A DNA stretch of 64,000 nucleotides from Octopus sinensis (lineage: Eukaryota), in assembly GCF_006345805.1 (NCBI RefSeq), contig NC_043004.1, forward strand, positions 29,884,001-29,948,000, written 5' to 3'. This document shows positions 14,035-26,082 of the stretch, piece after piece. Positions within the stretch are counted from its first letter, which is position 1. Every line of letters starts with the position of its first letter. The notes below the pieces were generated by a model that was not told the DNA's origin, did not search any database, and saw nothing but the letters and a program-made list of their open reading frames with translations. The translations under genes and the position numbers were made by a program.

Positions 14035-14300
14035 ATGTTAGAAATATATCCATACTAGGAATATCATTGTGGTAGCAGATCCAAAACGAGATAATTCAGG
14101 AATGGTGCAAAATGAAGCAATTTCAGAATAGGGGAAGCACAAGTTCCACCAGGCTGCACATGTCAGAAGGCTCACAGGCCAAAGGAACAGTTGTTGGGTG
14201 GTATCCAAGAGATCTGGAGAAAGCATATGGAAAATCTTCATAATACTGGGAAGATGTCGCAGTCCAGCAATTTGGACCTAAATGGAAGAGAAAGGCACAC
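14035..14300 (+). mobile_element. RTE-clade LINE 3' relic
   Basis: AAGCACAAGTTCCAC...GGTATCCAAGAGAT aligns with the RTE relic at 57380-57500. Confidence 0.55.
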
Positions 14301-15899
14301 TCAAGTGAAGAATGGGAGTGCTTTGTAATTTACAATGTATGAGAAAACCCAATAGTCTGGCTGATAAAAACAGAAGAAAAAGGAATATTTTAAATGCATT
14401 TGGTGAACATCATATAATTTTATTTCCATTCCCTTATAATTATTAGACATTGTACATGGGAGCAGTATATCCTCTGCATTCATAGTCAGAAACTGTAATT
14501 AGTTTTACATTAAGTAGCTTGAATATAATTTATTCTAATTTGAATTAGATCCTAAATAGTTGCCTTGAATTCTACTACTTCACTGTGATAGAATAAAGGA
14601 TGAAAACTAACAATGAACATTATCCTTAATGTTAGATTAGTACAAGATCTAAAAGAATGGAAGACAACACTACAGCCAACATAGGTTTTAAACTGTGTAA
14701 TGTTATATCTGTCAATTAAATTGATAGGTACAGATAGCGAATGCTCGTTTGTTATCTCTCCACTGCCATCCCCCACCATTATCTAAGTATATATATATTT
14801 TGCATGTTGGTGCAGTTTTTATTTCTGGTTAAATGTCTTCTAAACTAACATGTTTGTATACCAGACAGATTGAAGTAGCTATGGTGATGACCTATCACAA
14901 TTGTTGAAATTAACATTTCAACTCAAATTGGTGGTAAAACACCTTATAAAATCAATTGACAATGTGTGTGTATCTGCTTCTGTATGAGGACATATATGGA
15001 ACTAAAAATATCATTTAATCTCTCATGGAGTACACTTGACCAGCTTGACAGCATGAAGATTGCTGCAGTTTTCCAAGCACTATTTGCAACATTCTTGGTT
15101 TTTCCTCCATCTAAATCATCATCATCATCATCATCTGAAAGCTGATTCATACTAAGATTAACTGTCGGTGTCCCTACATAACTATGGTCAAGACTTTGAT
15201 AGAGATCAATGATGATGGAGCAGGGTATGTGGTGCATCCATGTGGAAGTTGTAGTTGGTTGATCATCGTGGTTAATGGGTTACAATTGGAGTCTGTGGAC
15301 GTAGTGTGTCAGGGCAAGTCAGTGAGATAGCCAGTCCTTCTCCAAGTTTATGTCTAGCTGGGAATCTTTGGTAGGTGGAGTCAGTGAAGAATATGATTAT
15401 AGTGGTGTTACATGTACAAAACCACATTACACTCACATTTCACCTGTATAAATATATGCACAGTATAAATGTGCATATATTTACATAACTAAGAAAAATG
15501 TACACACATATTACACCTTTATTTGCATTTTGAATCATTAGGAATAGTTTTAGCTGTTGAGGGAAATACTCTGCCCAGTTTTTTAAAAGATAATTGGGCA
15601 TTGTTCTAATTTGTTTTTGAAAAATATATTTAGGTTAATGTATGTAGCTGTAGCTCTAGTATTAGAATACTTATGTTATTCACACTCTCTTCTACTTGTG
15701 CCTTGAGGTCTCATGCCCTTGCATCTCATCATCACTATTTTTCTCTGTTTTGCTCTACCTTGGTATCTCACACTTTCTTTTCTATAATCTGAGTAGCCAT
15801 GTAGCTCCTTGGCTGCAAGTGACCCATTCTGTCCTGGTACTTTCTCTTGTACTTTAACCCTTCATCTTCTACCTTGCTCTTCATTGTAGTTCTGTTCAT

Positions 15900-16115
15900 C
15901 TGAAAAGAATCTGTCTTACTGGCTGCATGGTGATCTCACTAGTGCTTGTGCTATGAAAAAGTACCCAGTACATGCTGTATAGTGTCTGGTGTTCGGAAGG
16001 GCATCTAATTGTAGAAATTATGTCAAAGCTGACATTGAAGCATGATGCCATCCTGGAACTTGTTGGATCCCATCAAACCATGCAAGCATGAAACATGATC
16101 TATAAATGATGATGA
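15900..16115 (+). mobile_element. RTE-tail-like retroposon, old copy
   Basis: GGAAGGGCATCTAATTGTAGAAA...CCATGCAAGCATG...TAAATGATGATG. Confidence 0.7.
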
Positions 16116-16305
16116 ATAGGATTAACTGTATTGAGCCATATTAATCTTGCTAATAATTTGATTAACTTTAAAGAAACTATGATTCATTATCTCTGAAAAT
16201 GATTCAAATATAAATAATTATTTAAGAAATTACTGTTTTATTATTGATCTTCACAAATACTGCTTTCATTTTGATAAAGCACAAAAACTGTTTTTTTGTA
16301 TTTAA

Positions 16306-16468
16306 CTCTTTTGTTTCAATTTTGTAAAATTACTATCATTATCAAGATGGTGTTTTGAATGTAAATTAACATGAAATTTTCATGAAGGTTTTTCATTTAG
16401 ATCACATTAAACAAGAACCTTGTATCATAGAGCTAGGGATGGTCTTGGGTAGGTTAATCTCAAAAGGA
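16306..16468. mobile_element. piggyBac-type MITE
   Basis: TTAA-CTCTTTTG...CAAAAGGA-TTAA (TTAA target duplication, short imperfect TIR). Confidence 0.55.
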
Positions 16469-17099
16469 TTAAGGGACCTTTTTCCCAATGGTATTTCTGA
16501 CACATCTGTAGTAAACATCCAAAGAAATAATTTTCTAAACCTAAGAAAATTAAATCAAATTTATATTTTACAATATTTTTAAAATAGTGTAATCATTTTT
16601 TTATGTTGCTTTAATGTTTTTTAATTCTATTTTAATGTAATTTCATTCCCCCCCCCTCACTTCCTGGATTGTTGGTACTACAGCATACTCTAGCATTCTA
16701 AGTACCTTGGTCTTTTGAATGTTGAGGCTTTTTTTTAAAAACTTGGTTTTCTTCAAATTGTGATTTTTTTTACTCAGTTTGTATAAGTTAATATTTTGTG
16801 CTGAAAGACTTTCTTCCATATTTGGTTAGCTTTCTATGGAGATTGAATAGATGCCATCCAATATTCTTTAAAAAAGAAAAAAAGGGTGGGATCCAGTATT
16901 TGAAAGTTGTTACCAGTCCCTGAAACAAGATATGAAAGAATTATCATGTGATGTGCATTGTTGTTTTTTAGGAAAATACTATTATATATTTTTTTAATAT
17001 ATAATCATATTCCAATTCCAAATATTTTGATGAATGTCTGTAGCTGTAAATGAGGGTGTTGATATAGATATTTATATATGTTAATAATACAAAGCTTTA

Positions 17100-17295
17100 A
17101 GCTGGCAGAATTATTAGCATGATAAGCAACATTTCATCTGTCTTTACATTCTGATTTCAAATTCCGCCAAGGTCAGCTTTTCCTTTCATTCTTTCGGGGT
17201 TGATAAAATAGGTACCAGTTGGGAGCTAATGGTTGATGTAATTGACTTATGCCCATTCCTGAAACTGCTGGCCTTGTGCCAAAATTTGAAACTGA
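17100..17295 (+). mobile_element. tRNA-derived SINE (Deu/Nin-like central domain)
   Basis: TGGCAGAATT A-box-like, TTTCAAATTCC B-box-like, CCTTTCATTCTTTCGGGGTTGATAAAATAGGTACCAG; older copies near 7340-7520, 11155-11295, 27435-27585, 31910-32050. Confidence 0.7.
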
Positions 17296-17821
17296 TATTA
17301 CAATATATGCTAATGACATTTGTGATACATATTTATTATTGTCTTTCAGTCAAAGTAATCCTTATTAGCAGTACATAATCATTCAATTTCACTCATGTGT
17401 TTTGGGGAATTGTTAGAGCACATCATTTCCATGTTGTACATTGAATATTTGAAGTTCTGTTTGCTGACCTGATTCTCTCAGCACCTATTCACTCAGGGAC
17501 CATCATTTTCTTCAACTGGTGAACCTTACTTGTATCAATTTAATATTTTCCCAAATAGGTAGAGAGTTCAATGTATCCCTCTCTGAAACCTCATTTATTC
17601 AGACTTCTAAAGTTTGTTACCATATCATTTTTTTTTTACCTATAAGATGTTTTATTGTCTGTTTAACTTCATATTATTTTTTACAGAACGTTGATCTTCC
17701 TTACCTTCTTAGTACTGAGGGCTTTTTCTAATAATGTAGAACACATTTCCTTATGTGTTATTAAAATGTGTGTGTATGTTAGTAGTAACAGTCCAAGATT
17801 TTATTCTGTGTGTTAAGTGGC

Positions 17822-17838
17822 ACATATATGTACGTATT

Positions 17839-17885
<47 letters not shown>

Positions 17886-18035
17886 GTATGTGTATGTACA
17901 TAGATATGTATGTATATGTGGGTGTGTGTATATATGTATGTCTATGATTTGTATATATATATATATATGTGTATTTGTTTATATATATGTATTTATAAAT
18001 GTATATATATGTGTACATATATGTATTTGTACATA

Positions 18036-18067
<32 letters not shown>

Positions 18068-18698
18068 GGTATGTGTGTATATATATGCTTATGTATGTAT
18101 GCATATATGTATTTACATATATGCATGTATGCATATATGTATATACATATGTGTGTGTATACACATATATATGTGCGTATATATTGCATATGTATGAATG
18201 TATGCATATGTATATATATATTTATGTGTATGTATATATACATATATATATTTCTGTACATACATGCATATATTTGTATATATATATATGTATACATATA
18301 TATATATATATATATATATCAAAATGTGCATGGATATATATATATATGTGTGTGAGTGTATGTACACATATCTATGAGTGTATATATATGTATATAATAT
18401 ATGCCTTTTTACGTATATATATGTGAATATGTGTATAATATATAATTATATACATGTATATGTATCAACATAAGTATATGTATATGCATGTATATACATA
18501 TGTATATATAAATGTATATGTATATATATATATGTGTTTATATATATATATATATATATATGTATGCATATATATATAGGTAAATATGTATATATATATA
18601 TATGTATATACATAAATCTCTATGTATATGTATACATGTATATATATGCTTATTTATATATGTATAGATATATGTGTATGTGTGTATATATATATATA
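17822..18698. repeat. Long imperfect (TA/TG)n simple-sequence tract
   Basis: Directly visible; generates the 223/172-aa pseudo-ORFs. Confidence 0.95.
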
Positions 18699-18699
18699 T

Positions 18700-19012
18700 T
18701 TAACAATTAAGGATAAAATCTTAACAAGAAATTATCAGGTTGTTAGCGTGAAAAACCTCATAAGAGAAAAAATCTGAAAATTTTTTCACATTTTGTTTAT
18801 TTTTGATGTATTCTGAATATGTTTCACTGATGAACAAATGATGTAAATAATACGTTAATTGCGAAATCACAAGTGATCTGAAACTAAATTCTTTTTCTAA
18901 ATGTCTTGCTTCGAGAGCTGTATTTGGGACGATTCGTTTATTTTTGGTAGTAATGACTTTGAAAGTCCCTCCTAGCGTGTGGCATTTATGTGTAATAATG
19001 CCCTCTATATAA
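18700..19012 (+). mobile_element. ~310-bp non-coding element inserted in (TA)n, carrying a hammerhead (Penelope-like terminal repeat/retrozyme-type)
   Basis: Flanked by (TA)n on both sides; opposite-orientation fragment of the same family at ~21940-22075 (GGATAAAATC...AAAAACCTCAT; GGCATTTATGTGTA.TAATGCCCT). Confidence 0.65.
18821..18884 (+). ncRNA. Type I hammerhead ribozyme, near-intact
   Basis: Stem I GTTTCA/TGAAAC; core CTGATGA 18827-18833; 12-position stem II with 2 mismatches including an A-C closing pair; GAAA 18863-18866; stem III A-TCAC-aa-GTGA-T; AUC cleavage triplet ending 18878. Confidence 0.85.
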
Positions 19013-19049
19013 TATATTTATATATATATATATGTATGTATATAAATAT

Positions 19050-19232
19050 ATCATCATCATCATCATCATCATCATTTAACATGCGTTTTCCATGCTAGCA
19101 TGGGTTGGACAGTTTGACCGGGGTCTGGGAACCAGGAGGCTGTACCAGGCTCCAGTCTGATCTGGCAGTGTTTCTACAGCTGAATGTCCTTCCTAATGCC
19201 AACCACTCCATAAGTGTAGTTTACTTGCCACC
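19050..19232 (-). mobile_element. RTE-tail-like retroposon
   Basis: (CAT)n-TTAAC...TTCCATGCTAGCATGGGTTGGAC...CTACAGCTG...GCCAACCACTCC. Confidence 0.85.
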
Positions 19233-19573
19233 GGTATGTATGTATGTGTGTATATATGTATGTATAAATATATAGGTATACATATGTATGTATGTGTGTA
19301 TATATGTATATAGATATACATATGTATGTGTATATATATATGTATGCGTACATATATAAATATACATATGTATGTATGTGTATATATATATGTATACATA
19401 TAAATATAGATATGTATGTATAAATATATAGATGTATGTGTATATATGTATGTATAAGTATATATATATATATATTTATAAATAAGGATAATATTGATAT
19501 TATCAAGTGGCCAGCATGGGAAAAATACCATACAAAGGTAATAATTTTTTTTACAACTAAAAATATTTTTACT

Positions 19574-19606
<33 letters not shown>

Positions 19607-20029
19607 GAAACTTACAAAAAACAGGTGTATTAGTTTGATGCTCTGGAAATTGAGAAACTGCTTTATGTTTTGGAACCGATGCTCTGCAGTAGAAAATAGT
19701 AAGACAAAATAAACAGTGAGCCATTAAAAAAAAAAAATTTGTGTGGACGTCCCAAAATGATATGCATACGACCATGTTCAAGTTTCTCCTTTTTCTCTTC
19801 TTTGCCCTTTTTCATTATTAATTCTTTACTTTGATGAATCCCCATATTTCGGATCAGTTTTATTACCAAATATGATATTTTTAGCATATGAATTACTATA
19901 CCATACAACGTTGGAAGCAGAAGCAGCTGTTAGACAGTATGTAGTCTGTTTGTATTCTATTGATAAATAATAATTGGTTTAAGTCAATTGTTGTTCATCA
20001 ATATTTCTCATATTTTCATATACTTTAAA

Positions 20030-20030
20030 T

Positions 20031-20061
<31 letters not shown>

Positions 20062-20562
20062 GTATATATATATATGTATATATATATATGTGTATATATA
20101 TATATGTGTATATATATATGTGTATATATATGTATATATATGTGTATATATATATGTGTATATATATATGTATATATATATATGTATATATATATGTGTA
20201 TATATATATATGTATATATATATGTGTATATATATATATGTGTATATATATATGTGTATATATATGTATATATATATATATATATATGTGTATATATATG
20301 TATGTATATATATATATGTGTATATATATATATGTGTATATATATGTATATATATATATATATATGTGTATATATATGTATATATATATATATGTGTATA
20401 TATATGTATATATATATATATATGTGTATATATATGTATATATATATATATATGTATATATATGTATATATATATATATATGTGTATATATGTATATATA
20501 TATATATATATGTGTATATATATGTATATATATATATATGTGTATATATATGTATATATATA
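20030..20562. repeat. (TA)n/(TATG) microsatellite array
   Basis: Directly visible. Confidence 0.97.
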
Positions 20563-20578
20563 AATAAATAAAATAAAT

Positions 20579-20954
20579 ATAAGAGAGTGGTCACTATATT
20601 GATCACTCTAGCACCAGTTAATCCAAAAGGTTTCAACCACGAAAATACATGTTTCCCATGAAAGCCAAGTACGACTGTTAGCTCACACGGACAGGGCAAA
20701 TAAAAAATAACAAAAATACAGATTATTTTGGGACAATTGTTTCGCTAAATGAATTAAATGTAATTTAATACATTTAATTCATTAATAGCGAAACAATTGT
20801 CCCAAAATAATCTGTATTTTTGTTATTTTTTATTTGCCCTGTCCGTGTGAGCTAACAGTCGTACTTGGCTTTCATGGGAAACATGTATTTTCGTGGTTGA
20901 AACCTTTTGGATTAACTGGTGCTAGAGTGATCAATATAGTGACCACTCTCTTAT
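20579..20954. repeat. Near-perfect fold-back palindrome, ~185-bp arms
   Basis: AAGAGAGTGGTCACTATATTGATC... is mirrored by ...GATCAATATAGTGACCACTCTCTT; centre ~20765. Confidence 0.95.
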
Positions 20955-21082
20955 TTATTTTGTGAAATATTTAATATGTTATAAAATATTAATAATCCAG
21001 GTTTCTCGTAGCACTAGGCCACTTGGTGTGGAATAAATATACTATTAAATTAGTATCTAATTCTCTCACCCTTATTAATTAA

Positions 21083-21318
21083 TGTATATATATATATATA
21101 TGTGTATATATATGTATATATATATATATATATGTGTATATATATGTATATATATATATATATATGTGTATATATATGTATATATATATATATATGTGTA
21201 TATATATGTATATATATATATATATGTGTATATATATGTATATATATATATATATATGTGTATATATATGTATATATATATATATATGTATATATGTGTA
21301 TATATATGTATATATATG

Positions 21319-21351
<33 letters not shown>

Positions 21352-21477
21352 GTATATAATATGATTGAATGTACATGTCTGTACACGTATATAATTGAAT
21401 GTATGTCTGTATGTATATGTATAAATATGTATGTATATATACATATGTGTATGCACATATATATGTATGCATATATA
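21083..21477. repeat. (TA)n/(TATG) microsatellite array
   Basis: Directly visible. Confidence 0.95.
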
Positions 21478-21910
21478 GGAGCAGGAGTGGCTCTGTGGTA
21501 AGTAACTTGCTTACCAACCACATGGTTCTGGGTTCAGTCCCACTGCATGGCACCTGTGGCAAGTGTCTTCTACTAAAGCCTCGGGCCGCCCAAAGCCTTG
21601 TGAGTGGATTTGGTAGATGGAAGCTGAAAGAAGCCTGTTATATATACATACATATATATATATGTGTGTGCGTGTGTGTATATGTATGTATGTGTTTATA
21701 TGTTTGTGTGTCTGTGTCTATCCCTCCCCCCCAACATCGCTTGACAACCGATGCTGGTGTGTTTACATCCCCGTAACTTAGCGGTGCAGCAGATGAGACT
21801 GAAAGAATAAGTACTAGGCTTACAAAGGATAAGTTCTGGGGTCGATTTCCTCGACTAAAAGCAGTGCTCCAGCATTCAAATGACTAAAACAGGTGAAAGA
21901 ATAAAAGAAA
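21478..21910 (+). mobile_element. tRNA-derived CORE-like SINE with internal microsatellite and 3' module
   Basis: GGAGTGGCT.TGTGGTAAG A-box, GGTTCAGTCCC B-box, GGCAAGTGTCTT core, tail AGAATAAGTACTAGGCTTACAAAG...AATGACT.AAACA. Confidence 0.9.
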
Positions 21911-22496
21911 GGAAAAATTAATAAAAAAATATTTATTTATATTAAGGGCATTAATACACATAAATGCCCTTAATATAAATAGATATATTTAAAGGGAATA
22001 ATTATAATTTTTTCCTACATGAGGTTTTTTACGCTGACTGACTATTTGATAAATTCTTATAAAGATTTTATCCTGTTCAAAATTTTTAATGTATGTATAT
22101 ATATATCGATGTATGTATAAATAAATATGTATATATATACATGTGTCTATATATGTGTATATATATATATATGCATATACATGTCTGTATATATATATGT
22201 ATCTATATATATGTGTGTCTATGTATTTGTATGTGTATGTATATATATGTGTGTGTATTTGTATGTGTATGTATATATATGTGTGTGTGTATTTGTATGT
22301 GTATATATATATATGTGTGTGTGTGTGTATATACGTTTGTATATATGTATGTCTATATATATGTGTGTGTTGAATGATTATTTAGCATAACGTAGATTTA
22401 TCTGTCTATATATATATATCTATGTGTGTGTATATATAGATGTATGTGTCTATACGTATATATACATATATGTATATGCATCTATGTATATGTGTG

Positions 22497-22632
22497 TATC
22501 ATCATCATCGTTTAGCGTCCGCTTTCCATGCTAGCATGGGCTGGATGGTTTGACTGGGGTCTGGGAAGCCAGAAGGCTGCACCAGGCCCAGTCTGATCTG
22601 GCAATATTTCTATGGCTGGATGCCCTTCCTAT
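22497..22632 (-). mobile_element. RTE-tail-like retroposon, 5'-truncated
   Basis: (CAT)n...CCGCTTTCCATGCTAGCATGGG...GGATGCCCTTCCTA. Confidence 0.85.
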
Positions 22633-22635
22633 CTA

Positions 22636-22696
<61 letters not shown>

Positions 22697-22838
22697 TTCT
22701 GTATGTATAAGAGGTATTAGTATCTAGAAGACCCTAATAGTATCAGGTAACGCTAAGTAAGTGCTATGGACTGACCATAGTTAAATAATGATACAAGTGA
22801 GGAGTATACTGTGGATCTTGTATTAGCATGCATATGTA

Positions 22839-23155
22839 CATTAGAAGGGAATAACAAAGCCAAGTCTGTGAGGACATTTATAATGCAGCGGTTTCTGGGA
22901 TATTATGGATAGCTCTTCATGAGAGACAGTGTGAGAAAATATTTGAGTTTGAATTCTTATGGAAAAGGAGGAGATAGGGATTTCCTTTATATTCCCTATC
23001 TCATCCTTTTCTGTAGTAATTCAAACTCAGACATTTTCTCACATCATCTCTCATGAAGGAATGTCCATAATATCCCAGAAACAGCTGTAAGACTATTTCG
23101 TTGTAAATGTCCTAAAAACTTCTCACAGGCTTGGCTTTATCTCATTCTCTCTAAT
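22839..23155. repeat. Degenerate fold-back palindrome containing a hammerhead relic
   Basis: AAAGCCAAGTCTGTGAG/CTCACAGGCTTGGCTTT, TTTCTGGGATATTATGGA/TCCATAATATCCCAGAAA, GAGATAGGGA/TCCCTATCTC; centre ~22987. Confidence 0.85.
23046..23093 (+). ncRNA. Decayed type I hammerhead motif
   Basis: ATCT-CTCATGA (G5 lost)-A-GGAATG..TATCCC-A-GAAA-C-AGCT-G-TA-AGAC; palindromic stem III and GUA site. Confidence 0.55.
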
Positions 23156-23355
23156 ATATGTTTATGTATAGATATATGGATGCATATGTGTGTATATATA
23201 TATGTGTGTGTGTATATGTATGTATGTATATGTATATATATTAAATATATATGTGTATATATTTATTTATGTATATATATTTATATATATAATATATGAT
23301 ATATATATATATGTATATATATATAAATATGATATAAATAATATATGTATGTATA

Positions 23356-23505
23356 TCATCATTGTTTAACGTCCGTTCTCCATGCTAGCATGGGTTGGAC
23401 GGTTCGACCGGGGATCTGGGAAGCCAGAAGGCTGCACCAGGCTCCAGTCTTATCTGGCAATGTTTCTACAGCTGGATGCCCTTCCTAACGCCAACCACTC
23501 CGTGA
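23356..23505 (-). mobile_element. RTE-tail-like retroposon
   Basis: Same family as 19050 and 61888. Confidence 0.85.
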
Positions 23506-24064
23506 GTGTATGTATATGTGTGTATATATATGTATATGTGTGTATATATATGTATATGTGTGTATATATATGTATATATGTGTATATATATATATGTATG
23601 TATATATGTGTATATATATATATGTATGTATATATGTGTATATATATATATGTATATATATATATGTATGTATATATGTGTATATATATATATGTATGTA
23701 TATATATGTATATATGTATATATATATATGTATGTATATATGTGTATGTATATATATGTATATATGTGTATGTATATATATGTATATATGTGTATGTATA
23801 TATGGGTATATATATAAATATATGTATGTATATATGTGTATATATAAATATATGTATATGTATATATATGTATGTATATTGTATATATATATATAAATAT
23901 ATGTATATATATGTGTATATATATATATTTGCATTTATCTATTTATATATGTATGTATGTATATATATGTATGTGTATATATATGTATACGTATGTGTGT
24001 GTATATATATATATATGTGTATATGTATGCGTATATATGTGTATATATATGTGTGTGTGTGTGT
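23506..24064. repeat. (TA/TG)n tract
   Basis: Directly visible; the 287-aa ORF is an artefact of it. Confidence 0.95.
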
Positions 24065-24081
24065 GACTCCTGTCACAACCT

Positions 24082-24125
24082 GGGACCTTGAAGACTGCTA
24101 TAATGCAAGAAAGTATACTAGTCCC
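24082..24125 (+). ncRNA. Minimal type I hammerhead-like motif
   Basis: GGGAC-C-TTGAAGA-CTGC-tataat-GCAA-GAAA-GTATAC-TA-GTCCC: 5-bp stem I and palindromic stem III, in a ~210-bp insert between microsatellites. Confidence 0.6.
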
Positions 24126-24899
24126 TTAATATTTCATATTCTGTATTTCATCTATTCAATAAGACAATCAATACTTCATTTCATTTTACTAAATATATTA
24201 TTTATGCTATATATTCTGCATTCATATTATAAAGAATATAAATAAAACATAAAAAACAGAGTTGGAATTTCTTTGAATAATATATATATATGTATGTATA
24301 TATGTGTATATATATGTATGTATATATGTGTATATATATGTATGTATATATGTGTATATATATATATGTATATATGTGTATATATATGTATGTATGTGTA
24401 TATATATGTATGTATATATGTATGTATGTGTATATATATGTATGTATCTATGTATGTATGTGTATATATATGTATATATGTATGTATCTATGTATGTGTA
24501 TATATATATATATATGTGTGTATTTGTCAACCAGTGTTTGTGTGTTTATGTCTCTATAACTTAGTAGTTTGGCAGAAATATGCTGATAGAATAAGTACCA
24601 GACTTAACAAAAAAGAAGTACTAAAATTTCTTCAAGTCAGTGCTCCAGCATGGCTGCAGTTTAATGACTGAAAGAAGTAAAACATAAAAGATGTATATCT
24701 GACTTTTCCCAGTGATATGATTTGGGGTTCAGTCCCACTGCATGACACCTTGGGCACATGTCTTCTATTAGAGCCTTGGATCAACCAAAGCCTTGTGAGT
24801 AGATTTGCTTGAGGGAAACTGAAATATCATTATGTGTGTATGAGAGTGCATATAGCAGGAAATATAATCTGTTAAGGCAGGTAATTTGTAAAACTAAAA

Positions 24900-26050
24900 T
24901 GTATTATAAAAGAAACTCAAACTGTATGCACAGAGCTCTGGAATGACCAGTTGATTCTTGAAGAAAAAATAAATAATATGCTTTAAATCATCTCTAAGCA
25001 ACTACTGAAAAAGAAATCTTTATCTTCCATCACAAACTTTTTAAAAGATTTTTTATCATTATCAATTTTCAGAACCGATCTATTTCATGTTTCCTGTAGG
25101 AATTCTGTGGAATTTACCAATTTTATCTTTCTATGATAATATCCTGATAATAAAACTTTAAAAAAATCCATTGTATCATGAAATAATAGGTTTCACATTC
25201 AAATCTTCAAATTTGCATTGGTTAGACAAGCCTGCACAACTTAATATTGTCATATGACCTGACACCATCTTCTAATCACTGACATCTAATCTGAACTATT
25301 TTGTCCAAAGCCTGTTGTAATCATTTTTCTGCCTTGTTTTACAGCCAACATTTTATACTTAACACAATACACACATCATATATCTATACTAATTTAAAAA
25401 GCTTACATTCATTTACTGACCTAAAATCTGTTAATTTACTTTACATCATATTTAGTACCAAATCTACTACATTTAGTATGTTTTATTGTTCATGGTTCAC
25501 TGCAGTTTCTACTTGGTAGATTTGTCACCAATAAAGATTGTGGTTTCTAAACTTATTGAAATTATGTTATGCTAAATAATCATTTTTCAACTTCTTCAAA
25601 TTATTAAAAAACTCTATGCTCTTTAGTTCTTCACAGTTAATTATTCAAAATACAGGAGATGTTGTAAATGCTTCCTCAGCATATGTGAAATCCCATTTCT
25701 GTTTCATACATACTCTTTTTATTATATTGAACTTGACCATTTTTTCTGATGCACTTTACAAAAGATTTGCTATGTTCACTTTTAGATCCTTTCTCCATCA
25801 CCAAATTTGGAATTTCTTTTTCAGTTCTTCTGTTAAATATATTAAGATATTTATCTTTAGATGTTTGAAATTAATCAAATTGATTGATTTCACGACTGTT
25901 CCAAATTTCTCTTGAAATCATGTTCCCATTTACTATTTCTGCTTACTTTGTGTGAAAAGCTTTCATGATCTTCTGTATACTTCTGAATACATCCTGTTTA
26001 ATTTATAGATCATTTATCAATTGAAAAAGACAATTGAAGATGTACGTAGA
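24900..26050 (-). pseudogene. Possible decayed coding sequence of unknown origin
   Basis: One minus-strand frame reads protein-like (MISREIWNSREINQFD*FQTSKDKYLNIFNRRTEKEIPNLVMEKGSKSEHSKSFVKCIRK...) with many scattered stops. Confidence 0.25.
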
Positions 26051-26082
26051 CCAAAATGACCACTATGCTGGTTACTTTTATA

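Noticed and set aside
17755-24671. Long ORFs of 100-287 aa rich in Y/I/C/V/M/H/T
   Set aside because: Translations of (TA/TG/CA)n microsatellites, open in several frames on both strands
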